In this document: positions 1 through 11,148 of the stretch, piece after piece
Layout: each line of letters begins with the position of its first letter
Numbering within the stretch: position 1 is the first letter of the stretch
Source of the DNA: Octopus bimaculoides
Taxonomy: Eukaryota
Reading direction: 5' to 3'
Assembly (NCBI RefSeq): GCF_001194135.2
Contig: NC_068984.1
Coordinates: 80,296,442-80,328,965 of the forward strand
DNA length: 32,524 nt
Notes under the pieces: model-generated
The model's database searches: none
Told to the model about the DNA's origin: nothing
What the model saw: the letters and a program-made list of their open reading frames with translations, nothing else
Program-made: the position numbers and the translations under genes

Positions 1-20
1 TATATATATATATATATATA

Positions 21-450
21 AGGTGCAGGCTGCGCTGTGTGGTAAGAAACTTGCTTTTCAACAACGTAGTTCCTGGTTCAGTCCCATTGCGTTGCATCTT
101 GGATAAATGCCTTCTGCTATAGTCTCGGGTCAATCAAAGCCTTATACGTGAATTTGGTAGACGGAATCTGAAAGAAGCCCGTCACATATATGTGTGTGTG
201 TGTGTGTGTGTGCGTGTGTGTGTATGATGTATGTATGCGAGTGTGTGCGTGTATGTGAGCGTGTGTGTATGTCCCCCACCACCGTTTGACAACCGGTGTT
301 GGTGTGTTTACGTCCCTATGCCTTAAAAGTTCAGTAAAGAGATCGATAGAATAAGTAACAAGCTTTCCAAAAAATAGTATTGTGGTCGATTCACTCGACT
401 AAAACTTCTTCGAGGCGGTACCCTTGCATGGCCGCAGTCTAATTATAAAA
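21..450 (+). mobile_element. tRNA-derived SINE, family A, near full length
   Basis: tRNA-like head (gctgtgtggtaag...ggttcagtccc), then gtgaatttggtagacggaa, an internal (TG)n, the gacaaccggtgttggtg block and the tail catggccgcagtct. The same blocks recur at 2457, 3590, 10966, 19875, 21348, 23735 and 29283. Confidence 0.9.
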
Positions 451-451
451 G

Positions 452-488
<37 letters not shown>

Positions 489-957
489 CCACGAAAGTTC
501 TAAAGTATTTGTCATCATTTCCAAAAACAGTTCTTTATTTTAACCATATTCTTTTAAAAATCGAAGATCCATCTATAATCTTATATTTCCAGTCATTCTT
601 CTTTCTTCTCCTGTTTCCTAAAAATAATGTTTGATTACGTTAGTTCTTGAGACCAAAATTCAGTTAGATCACTGATATTTCGAGATAATAAGCCACCTGT
701 AAAATAAAACACTTCTTTTACTTCAGCAACCCAAATCGCATTTTCTAATCTTCTCAATATAATTACATTTAAGTCATGGCGTGTGTGCTGTTATCATAAT
801 ATGATTTACTTTGTGGTTGCTACTGTTATTATTAGTATTTTCTTTTGAGGTTCATTTTCAAATATGAGTAAAATAAAAATGAATCTAGCTGCTTATTTCA
901 AAGATTTACAATTTTAACACTCACATATACGCACACATATACATACACGCACTCTTC

Positions 958-988
<31 letters not shown>

Positions 989-1219
989 NNNNNNNNNNNN
1001 NNNNNNNNNNNNNNNNNNNNNNNNNNNNNNNNNNNNNNNNNNNNNNNNNNNNNNNNNNNNNNNNNNNNNNNNNNNNNNNNNNNNNNNNNNNNNNNNNNNN
1101 NNNNNNNNNNNNNNNNNNNNNNNNNNNNNNNNNNNNNNNNNNNNNNNNNNNNNNNNNNNNNNNNNNNNNNNNNNNNNNNNNNNNNNNNNNNNNNNNNNNN
1201 NNNNNNNNNNNNNNNNNNN

Positions 1220-1445
1220 ATATAGATAGATACATACATATCTATCTATATATATATAGATACATACATATCTATATATATATACATGCATATCTATATA
1301 CACACACATATATATATATACATATATAAATACATATGTATATACACACATATATATACATACATACATATATATACATATATACATACATACATACATA
1401 CATACATACACATATATCATACATACATATATATATACGTGCGCG
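1220..1445. repeat. Compound (TA)/(TACA)/(TAGA) microsatellite
   Basis: Directly visible low-complexity run adjoining a gap; source of the YI/CVY pseudo-ORFs. Confidence 0.95.
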
Positions 1446-2456
1446 TGCGCATATTTGTAATTCTTTGAAATAAGTACTCAATGCTAATGAAAAACTCGAA
1501 GTTCCAACTTCTATAGAATGTTATATACAATGCGTGTATATGTGTATATGTGTATACGCATGCGTGCACGAGTGTCTCTCTGCTTTTTACCTGAAAACCG
1601 TGACATGAGTGAAAATATATTTCTGAGTCTAGAAAGGAATTTCATTATCAGAATTTCAAAATTGATAATAATCACTGCACCCTCTTGGAATTCTATAGAA
1701 CTATTAATCTCTCTAGCTTTTAAACACACACACACACACACACACGCGCAGAGTTTATTTTTCTCTCTGTGTCTGTACTGTATTTGTTCACCTCCCCCTT
1801 TTTTTAGTGTTTTGTTTTTGTCATTTGATGTCTTGTATCTCACAACAGTTCACATACATATGCACGAACTTTCAATGTCACTCCTCCTCCTCCTTCTCAC
1901 CCTCTCTCTCTCTCCCTATCGGCTTTTTTTCTGCAAATAAATGTACATTGGTACATGTTCTAAACAATTATCTCTTAAATTCCAAGGTAGTTTAGAGTTG
2001 TAGAAACCTCGGAACATTGGCCTAAATCATTCATAGTATTAACACAAGTATCTCTCTCTCTCTCTTTCCCTCTATATATCTATTTATCTACCTATCCATC
2101 CATCCACCCTCCCTCTGGTGTTTTGCTGAGCAGCAAGAAATAAAAGCACTCTCTTACGTGCAATAAACAATGACATTATCTCTTGAATTTCAAAGGTAGT
2201 TTAGAGCTGCAGAAACGATAATTCAGAGTATTTTTGTTAACTTTTATATTGTTCCGAGTTTGTATTCTACCAGAGTTAACCCCTTAATTCTGAGGTCAAT
2301 AAAACAAGACACAGGGATACAGTTGCAAATATGTTACAAGTCAACGAAGGAAACACTATTCGAAGGGACATTACTCTCATTCGGTGCGCCACATTCGAAC
2401 TGTAGCCATCTTGATATATATATATACATACACATATAGTGTGTGTGTGTTTGTGG

Positions 2457-2858
2457 GCAGAAGCATGTCTGTGGAGTAAAGGAGCATACTTTGTAGTCAC
2501 GCAGATTTAGGTTCAGTCCCACTACACGGCACCTTTAACAAGTATCTACTACTATAGACCCGGGTTGACCAATGTCATGTGAGTGGATTTGGTAGACAGA
2601 AAGCAGAAATTGTTTGGAAGTCCGTCGTGTGTATGTGTGTGTGTATTTTTTATGTTTGTATTTGATCCCCTACCATTTCCGCTTCACAACCAGTGTTGGC
2701 GTGTTAAATGACCCCGTAACTTAGAGGTTCAGCAAAAGAAAGTGATAGAATAGTATTATATATTTTAAAAAATAAGTATTATAATGAATTTGTTCGACTA
2801 AATTCTTCAAAACGGTACCCCAGCATGGCCGCAATCAAATGACTGGAACAAGTAAAAA
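2457..2858 (+). mobile_element. tRNA-derived SINE, family A, diverged full-length copy
   Basis: ggttcagtccc B-box, gtgagtggatttggtagac, caaccagtgttggcgtg and tail cagcatggccgcaatcaaatgactggaacaagtaaaa, all colinear with 21-450. Confidence 0.9.
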
Positions 2859-3589
2859 ATGAAAACATCAAGAAATATATTATCTAATCTATCTTAATTT
2901 TTTGTATGATGACAGAGCTCTGTTATTCAGTTGATGCGCCGCAAGGGGTGTCGTGATATGCAGTGAATTTTTGAAAATTTAATTTAAGGTTTTAGAAAAG
3001 CCATACAAATGTTTCAGCATCTTGAAAAAATATGTTTTATTCGCAATTTCTTTTACAAACGTATGAGTAATAAAACGAAAAACAGTTTTCTAAATTTTCT
3101 TTTATTAATTTTGAAATTTAAAATATTTCCTTCATTAGCGTTCCGTGTGAGGTACCTCGGTGATTTTTAAAAGTTTTTATCATCAGTGCGTTAGAAGTTT
3201 TAAAAATGATATAATGAAACTCACTGCTCTATGTAGCTGCTTGAACTGCATGAAATAGCAGTTGGGTCTCTTTGAAATTATACAGTACCACGATGGTTTT
3301 TAATCTTTTTGGTTTCATCGCACCAGTGGTGCATTTCTCGCAAAAAAGGCGAGAAAGAGCCGCTTGAAGGTTAAAAATTTAGGGGGAAATATACAAAAAA
3401 TTGCTAAATTGTTTTACAAAGCTCAAGTGTTAAACAAAATTTTGAATAATACATTTTTCAAGGCAGTAAAAAAATTGATGTGCCTTCAAAGCCTTTAAAT
3501 TACCTTCGATATTCGATGTGAAACCCCGTCTGAGAAGCACCCTCCGATAGTCGCTAAAATGTGGACGGATACAATAAATAAAAGTCTAG

Positions 3590-3745
3590 ACGCAGGCATG
3601 GCTGTGTGGTTAAGACGCTCTCCTTGCAGCCACGCAGTTTTGGATTAAGTCCCTGCACCTTGGGTAAGTGTCTTCTACCGAAACTTGAGCCGATCAATGT
3701 TTTGTGAGTGAATTTCGTAGATGAAAACTGTGTGAGAGCCGTCAG
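3590..3745 (+). mobile_element. SINE family A, 5' half (runs into gap)
   Basis: gcaggcatggctgtgtggttaag head, caccttgggtaagtgtcttcta and gtgagtgaatttcgtaga. Confidence 0.85.
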
Positions 3746-4409
3746 NNNNNNNNNNNNNNNNNNNNNNNNNNNNNNNNNNNNNNNNNNNNNNNNNNNNNNN
3801 NNNNNNNNNNNNNNNNNNNNNNNNNNNNNNNNNNNNNNNNNNNNNNNNNNNNNNNNNNNNNNNNNNNNNNNNNNNNNNNNNNNNNNNNNNNNNNNNNNNN
3901 NNNNNNNNNNNNNNNNNNNNNNNNNNNNNNNNNNNNNNNNNNNNNNNNNNNNNNNNNNNNNNNNNNNNNNNNNNNNNNNNNNNNNNNNNNNNNNNNNNNN
4001 NNNNNNNNNNNNNNNNNNNNNNNNNNNNNNNNNNNNNNNNNNNNNNNNNNNNNNNNNNNNNNNNNNNNNNNNNNNNNNNNNNNNNNNNNNNNNNNNNNNN
4101 NNNNNNNNNNNNNNNNNNNNNNNNNNNNNNNNNNNNNNNNNNNNNNNNNNNNNNNNNNNNNNNNNNNNNNNNNNNNNNNNNNNNNNNNNNNNNNNNNNNN
4201 NNNNNNNNNNNNNNNNNNNNNNNNNNNNNNNNNNNNNNNNNNNNNNNNNNNNNNNNNGACGCCTCCAATACTAACAGGCTCAAAGAGATGTACCAAGCAA
4301 TATTCCCAGCACTTCCCTGTCACGAACAGGAGGAGGTGAACCCAGAAATATACGACAAATTCTACAAAGGACACCCCAATGTGCAACAACCAAACCAAAC
4401 CGTTTGACA

Positions 4410-4850
4410 GGAAGCCCGGTGAAATTGCTCAGGATCTGGTTCGTCCAGACCTCCAAACAGAGAGAAACTGGGGTGAGGTCACGAACAGGGTGGCTAATCT
4501 CACCCAGAAATGGGCTGAGAGGAAGCTGTCTCTGAAAGGGAGGGCGGAGGTGCGAATGTCTTTATCGCACCGCGAGGAAAGTTTACCGAGAAAATATATC
4601 CATAGTATCTCACCATTAATAGTTAAAAACGATTTTATTGAAGAAAAAAAAAAAAAACGAGAGAAAAACTCAAGTTGAAAAATGACGGCAAAAAAATCGT
4701 ATGATGAACTTTCCCTGCGGTAAATTGATGGCGGTAAACTTACCAGGCATGTTCTTAAAGAAGAGAAAGGATACATAGGCCAATGTGGTCCTAAATGTAT
4801 GATATGTGGCTGAAATCCTTTTGAACATGCGTTTGTTCAAGTGGGACTAA
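4410..4850 (+). mobile_element. Decayed Tx1/L1-clade LINE ORF2 fragment (post-RT region and zf-RVT-like motif)
   Basis: From 4419 reads VKLLRIWF, then after a 1-nt frameshift PDLQTERNWGEVTNRVANLTQKWAERKLSLKGRAEV. This fits the L1/Tx1 post-RT pattern LGxWFG...NW...W..R.LSLKGR. 4787-4840 reads GPKCMICG*NPFEHAFVQ, a CxxC...H zinc-knuckle remnant. Confidence 0.65.
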
Positions 4851-5449
4851 TCTGGGGTGAAACAATGTCAATAATTGGATAGTTATACACAGAAGAAAAT
4901 CTGGAAACATTCCAAAATAAAATGACTTACGGCATTTACCACGTATCTCACCGACAATGTGGCAATGTGGAGTACAATTTACCTAGAGCAAAAAAAAAAA
5001 AAAAAAAAGGTGGCATCATTATTTATCACTTAACGACCTCAACCAGCTGAAGGGAAACCATAAGCTCTCTTATCCAGCAATGTTCCCTCAAATCTTTTTT
5101 GTGGATATGCGCAAAAGTAGCTTGTTTACAAATTTTATCTTTCTTTGCGAAATATGTGTACTTCCATGAGAGTAACTATTTTGAATTTAAAATAAAGAAT
5201 TTCATCATGTAAACCTTGTATGCAGATATTTCTTTTCCTTTGTGCATTTGTCGTACAGTATGTATGCGCACGCACAACTTTTCAGCTTAGCGGCAACTTT
5301 CTTATTCATATTTAATCGACAAACATTCAGGATGCGAATTGCTAGATCTTAGTGCGATAATGCATAATCATGACCTATGGGGAGGAGGTACGTAGTCTGT
5401 ATCGACAGGTGTTGTCAGGTAATTATGTTGTCTTTTATATAGTTTCTAG

Positions 5450-5505
5450 TTCGCCCTAAATCGAGTAGACCTTTGATCAAAAAACACGCATCTATGACTA
5501 TCTCG
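5450..5505. repeat. Interspersed repeat family D fragment
   Basis: atcgagtagacctttgatcaaaaaacac resembles gatgcaggcttaagatcaaaaagcatt at about 6550-6576. Confidence 0.45.
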
Positions 5506-6529
5506 CATTTTTATTCAGTTGGTATATCTAAGAATAAATTGTACACATAACATACACGCTTGCATTATATATNNNNNNNNNNNNNNNNNNNNNNNNNNNN
5601 NNNNNNNNNNNNNNNNNNNNNNNNNNNNNNNNNNNNNNNNNNNNNNNNNNNNNNNNNNNNNNNNNNNNNNNNNNNNNNNNNNNNNNNNNNNNNNNNNNNN
5701 NNNNNNNNNNNNNNNNNNNNNNNNNNNNNNNNNNNNNNNNNNNNNNNNNNNNNNNNNNNNNNNNNNNNNNNNNNNNNNNNNNNNNNNNNNNNNNNNNNNN
5801 NNNNNNNNNNNNNNNNNNNNNNNNNNNNNNNNNNNNNNNNNNNNNNNNNNNNNNNNNNNNNNNNNNNNNNNNNNNNNNNNNNNNNNNNNNNNNNNNNNNN
5901 NNNNNNNNNNNNNNNNNNNNNNNNNNNNNNNNNNNNNNNNNNNNNNNNNNNNNNNNNNNNNNNNNNNNNNNNNNNNNNNNNNNNNNNNNNNNNNNNNNNN
6001 NNNNNNNNNNNNNNNNNNNNNNNNNNNNNNNNNNNNNNNNNNNNNNNNNNNNNNNNNNNNNNNNNNNNNNNNNNNNNNNNNNNNNNNNNNNNNNNNNNNN
6101 NNNNNNNNNNNNNNNNNNNNNNNNNNNNNNNNNNNNNNNNNNNNNNNNNNNNNNNNNNNNNNNNNNNNNNNNNNNNNNNNNNNNNNNNNNNNNNNNNNNN
6201 NNNNNNNNNNNNNNNNNNNNNNNNNNNNNNNNNNNNNNNNNNNNNNNNNNNNNNNNNNNNNNNNNNNNNNNNNNNNNNNNNNNNNNNNNNNNNNNNNNNN
6301 NNNNNNNNNNNNNNNNNNNNNNNNNNNNNNNNNNNNNNNNNNNNNNNNNNNNNNNNNNNNNNNNNNNNNNNNNNNNNNNTATATATATATATATATATGT
6401 TGCATTTTTAAGATAGTAACGTGTAATCTGAAGGACGTTTGGACGCTATCTCTTGCTAGTCAGAGCGATCAGGTAGGAAATAATGTATTTCAGGTATGTT
6501 GCTATTGTCGTCACAGTTGTTGCTGTTTC

Positions 6530-6690
6530 AACCGAAGTTAGTTCTGATGATGCAGGCTTAAGATCAAAAAGCATTCAACTCGTGGCCATTTAATTTTTTT
6601 GTTTTGTACCCCATTTTAAAGAGGGCTAGGAGTCATTTGAGGGAGATTTGATTGCTATCTTTATCAATTTGAACAGTTAGGTAGAAGTTG
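6530..6690. repeat. Interspersed repeat family D copy
   Basis: Contains gatcaaaaagcatt and tttgagggagatttgattgcta. Related blocks occur at 5450, at 24210 (ggagggagatttga) and inverted at 7420-7640. Confidence 0.55.
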
Positions 6691-7149
6691 CTTGCTGTTA
6701 ATTTGTTGCAATTGACCGGATGTGAATTGGCAACATAGAGAGATGAATTTCATTACTGTAATGCATTAATGTCTAGCTTCCCTTTCGCTACACCTGAACT
6801 TATGGTCATTATATGGTCTATATTGTCATTGCAGCCAAATTTTGAAACATACCCTAATATCTAAATAAAGAGAGAACGGCATATTAAGTAAGGTAGTCTC
6901 AGATACATAATGCGTGATTGAGAGAAATGAGGAGCTTTTGAATAAACATTTGCTCGATTAGTGATGACTTTGAAGGAAACAAAATAAATATATTGACTTC
7001 TTTCATCTATTGTCGATTGCATTGATCCTAGAGGAATGAAAGATAAAGTTGATTTTAGCTGGATTTCAGCTCAGTGTGTAGGGTGGTAAACTAGATGCCA
7101 CAGAAGGTTTGGCGTAATAAATATATTGATTTTATTGATAAACGCAAGG

Positions 7150-7355
7150 AAGGCAGCGAGCTGGCACGATCGTTAGCCCATAGGATAAAATGCTTAGCGG
7201 CATTCCTTCCGGCTATTTAGTTCTGTGTTCCAGTTTCGCCGGGGTCGACTTTGCCTTTCGGCTTAATAAAAGAAGTACCAGTCATGTACTGTGGTCGATG
7301 TAATCGAATTTTCCCACTTCCATCCAAATTACTGGCATTGTACCAATATTTGAAA
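7150..7355 (+). mobile_element. tRNA-derived SINE, family B
   Basis: Head aaggcagcgagctggca, aaatgcttagcggcatt, ggtcgactttgcctttc, aagtaccag, gtcgatgtaatcga and tail ttgtaccaatatttgaaa; colinear with six other copies in the window. Confidence 0.9.
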
Positions 7356-7419
7356 TAGATCCAAACAATTTACAAACACAAGGCTTAAAATGTTTGGAAT
7401 GAGTAGAACCAGTTAGATT

Positions 7420-7640
7420 CAGCTTGGGCTTACACGAGTCAATTAAGAGGCCTCCCAATGGTCACTCAACTGGTCAGAAATGGCAGCAATATCTACCTTA
7501 CACGATATTGTATTGATAAAAAAAAGGTGACAGTGCTGCCCAAGATATGCAAGAAAAAAAAAATGGTAGAATAATCACAAGTAGAATGAAGTTGATCATA
7601 GTTTTGTATATTCAATCAGGATAGACTTGGAGCTAAACAG
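7420..7640. repeat. Interspersed repeat family D, diverged, opposite orientation to 6530-6690
   Basis: cagaaatggcagcaatatctacc and aatcaggatagacttggagctaaac resemble the reverse complement of family D blocks. Confidence 0.45.
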
Positions 7641-7794
7641 TTAATCGTACGCATTTCATTGAACCACAGAAGGATAAAATATAATCGCGGTAAGATTTGA
7701 TCTCAGAAAGGTACGTGACTTAAAACATACCACAAGCACGTTTGCCCGTCATTCTCCCGATCCTGTCACCACTACACACACACGCGATACTAAC

Positions 7795-8071
7795 AAGATG
7801 ATATTTTTTCGAACCGTTAGAACAGTAATGCCGTTAGAACAGCAGAAATAATAGGTAAATACACATACAAGGCGGAAAAAGTTGTCAACAAACAGCCATG
7901 GAACTCGAACCCATATCCCCAAAGACTCCGGCTGAATTTATTCTTCATCTTGGGAGATGTGAGTTTGAGTCCCATGGTTGTTCGTTGACAACTTTTTCCA
8001 CCTTGTAAGGATATTTACTCGATATTTCTGCTGTTCTAACGGCATTACTGCGTTCGAAAAGATATCATCTT
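7795..8071. repeat. Fold-back element: arms of about 125 bp around a loop of about 23 nt, with tRNA-type B-box motifs next to the loop
   Basis: The reverse complement of 7948-8071 aligns by hand to 7795-7924 at roughly 85% identity, with an 8-nt local duplication (cgttagaa) in the left arm. The minus strand reads GGGTTCGAGTTCC near 7900-7912. Confidence 0.9.
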
Positions 8072-8289
8072 ACTTGTTTCGTGCAATACACATTTCGACG
8101 TCTCTAATAAAAACAAATGTTAGTTTGTTTATATTTATACATACATATAACACACACAGAAGATATACATACAAACATACACTTTGATGCAATATAGCTT
8201 ATCAAAATTTACGTGTAATACCGGAATAATAATAAAACCAAATGTTGATATTTTGGATGCATTTAATACGTATGTTTAAAGTAGTTACA

Positions 8290-8900
8290 TAAGACAACCG
8301 TTCGTAAATATCCTTGTAGTGAAACTACCTACCGCTATTAGATACAAAACTGCTATCGCCATTCTTCTCATTTAAATATAAACAAACGCGGACGTAGCGG
8401 AAAACATCAACCTTGTCATCACGTGACTGATCATTATTCGAATCGGCAACTTCTTCGAACCGTTCCCGCCAGAACGCAAACTGACCAATCACAGCCCTTA
8501 ATAAGGTCACGTGATAGTGTTTTCCTACTACCGTCTTAGAGCCCCCTTAACGCCTTAAATAGATCAACTCATACCCAGCAAATGGGTCTCGGTCCAGTTT
8601 CTCTTTGAGACTGTTCCGTGTACCACACGACAGCAGCAGCAACAATCAGCCAGCGACCACTTCAACAGCTTCGTCCAGCCAACGATGACCACCGCCGTCG
8701 CCACACCAGCAACAAGAGTCTACGACTACTATCCAGCATCATCGTCATGTCCAACACGATTACTACCAANNNNNNNNNNCTTCGATTCTGTTAGGTGACT
8801 CAGCTTCACCACGATAAATAAACAGACAAGAAATCTCAACCAGCGACGAACATCTGTATAACAAGAATCACGGCCCGGCATCGATGCCACGACATCACAA
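8290..8900. promoter_or_regulatory. CpG-rich putative (bidirectional) promoter with two TCACGTGA E-boxes, a CCAAT box and an E2F-like site
   Basis: ATCACGTGAC 8418-8427, GTCACGTGAT 8506-8515, CCAAT 8485-8489, TTCCCGCC 8463-8470. Local CpG/GC enrichment against an AT-rich background and absence of SINEs. Confidence 0.6.
8333..8371 (-). CDS. Candidate first coding exon, signal-peptide-like MRRMAIAVLYLIA
   Basis: Two in-frame ATGs (8371, 8362), a basic-then-hydrophobic peptide, and a donor GCG|GTAGGT (alternative GTAG|GTAGTT 4 nt further). Lies immediately downstream of the E-box/CCAAT cluster on the minus strand. No later exon identified. Confidence 0.35.
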
Positions 8901-9501
8901 CTAGTGATCAGCTCTGCCATACACAGCCTCCCCAACTTTCACATACAGACTCATACTATTGTGTACACAAGAACTGGTATAATTGCTCACGTGTTATTGA
9001 CTCTCTTTCTCTCTGCTGTAATAACTAACATACACACACATGTATCACTCACAGACATACTTTTCTTTGTACGACGGCCTGTCTTTGATTATGTTCTTAT
9101 ATGTCGCATTCACACTCTCACACAGACATACATCTTTAACGCCATAATAAATATCTCTGTTATTCATCTTATACGGTTGTGGTCTTTAATTACTGGTCAT
9201 CTATGTTATCGTCGTATAACATATCATGTATATCATTTGATATATATATTTGTGTGTTCGACCGTGCGACGCGTATAAATAAAAGGAATCCTCTGTTTCT
9301 TCCATTCGTCACCATATCTCCTTTTTTGAGTTCGCACGGTCGTTCCTTACATCCTTTTCAATTCACATTTCAAAATATATATGCATACATATGCATATAG
9401 GCGCGCACGCGCGTGTGCGTGAAGAACAACAAATGATAGGAAACAAGTTGATAATTTTAGCACAGGCTAACTATGATTTATTTTTATGCTGATCTACTTA
9501 C

Positions 9502-9566
9502 CTTCCGCCATTTCTGTCTATCTGTCTGTCCGTCCGTGAGTCGGTCGTTGGACAGACAATTACTTC
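9502..9566 (-). CDS. Candidate 65-nt exon carrying a start codon (5'UTR + ATG GCG GAA G; MAE, phase 1)
   Basis: Acceptor gcttctaaatttcag|, consensus donor AAG|GTAAGT, ATG at 9511 in context gaaATGG, and an in-frame stop upstream within the exon. Confidence 0.45.
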
Positions 9567-10074
9567 CTGAAATTTAGAAGCAACATTAACGGAGTTAATC
9601 TAACGTAAACGAATTCCAGTAATATCTCAAGTGCAATTACTATTTTTTTAAAAATAACAACCACAACAACAGTAATAAAAATAATACTAATAATAAACAT
9701 AATCATTCTATTATATTATCGTTATTATTTACAGTTCTCTTAATGGGACATCTTTAAATCTTCTTAATGAAATGAGGTATTATCATTTTGACAAGAATCT
9801 CTCAGTTACTTATCTTGAAGCAATTAGCCACTTCTGCTATTCAACATTCACTACGCGAACTAAGATAGATATTGGTCGATGAAGGGTGAAAAGCCATTAC
9901 TTAGCAAATAATGGCCTCTGAATGTCAAACATTTCAACAGCGCTGTTAACAGTATTGCTTTCTGCTGGTTTCCTCCCGCTGTTGTATTTGTATCATTATT
10001 TAAAATAGACAACACCACCTATTGAATAGATTAATGTCCAGTTGTGATCGAATTAGCATCACCTTCGACAGAGA

Positions 10075-10420
10075 CATGTAGATAAATAGCTAGTTATGCA
10101 GATAATTAGATATATTTATATAGATAGGTAGGTGAATAGATGTCTAATAGGCGCACACATAGGTTTGTGCATAGATAGACAGTGAGAAAGAGATGTAAGA
10201 AGATCAGATACAGATGCTGCAAGATAGATGGATGGACAAGGATGAATGGATAGAAAGAGATAGAAGTAACGAGAAAGGTAGATAAAAGTAGATAACTAGA
10301 TACATCAATACCGAAATATGTAGTCAGGAGGAGTTAGAGAGAAAAATGGAATGATAGAAAATAGATAGATAAAAAGAGTTAGAAAGAAAGATAGAAAAAT
10401 AGATAGATATTTAAGTAGAT
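10075..10420 (+). repeat. Degenerate (AGAT)/(AGAA) purine-rich microsatellite
   Basis: Repeated tagata/gataga units. Confidence 0.75.
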
Positions 10421-10965
10421 AGATAAATCCATTAACATTGTAATCATACTAACTATAGTTATCGAAGTCAGTTAATGGATGTTTGTAATCTTCTAGATTC
10501 TGCAGTATAAGCCATGTCTGTACCTTTTGTAGAGAACAGATTAATTGGTGTGAAAGAAAAGGTCTCTTGTGAACCAAAGCTGGAGTCGGAGCTGTGTTGG
10601 TGAATATTAGAAAGTTAATGTGTTTCTAAATGCATAAGACGCTCATTATCAAAAGTGGTCCTCGTGTTTATACTCTGTTTATGGAATTCGTTCAGTTCAG
10701 ATTTCATTGCTATTCGAAATTTATCTTGAATATGCATCTAATAAGCGAGGTTTTGAAAATGCATTGTTATACAAAATTACATGATATTAAATTAAGAATC
10801 TTGCATCCTGTTGCCGACTGATCAAGGTTAAGCACCACTTAACTCGGTCAAATGTTTCAATACGCGGCTGTTTAAAAATCTATCGGAAACTATATATTTG
10901 CTCTCTCTCTTTCCTCTCTTACCCGCATTTCTCAGTATAAATACACACACACAATATATAAATAT

Positions 10966-11148
10966 CTGACCACCACTTGACAACCGGTGTTGGTGGGTTT
11001 ACGTCTTCGTTAATTATCGGTTCGGCAAAAGAGACCGACAGAATAGTACCAAGCTAAAAGAAACTGAGTACTGGAGTTGATTCGTTTGACTAAAATATTC
11101 GTCAAGTCAGTGCCCCTGTATGTCTGTAGTTTAATGACTGAAACAAGT
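10966..11148 (+). mobile_element. SINE family A, 3' half
   Basis: cttgacaaccggtgttggtgggtttacgtc, ggttcggcaaaagagaccga and tail aatgactgaaacaagt. Confidence 0.85.

Noticed and set aside
2925-3545. Possible hAT-type MITE (tgagaagcac near 3533)
   Set aside because: Only one partial terminus; no matching TIR or TSD.
898-6541. Long ORFs of 100-340 aa in the track (also 17105-17806, 18831-19219, 26653-27052)
   Set aside because: They are open only because they span N-gaps; the flanks are microsatellite or repeat sequence.
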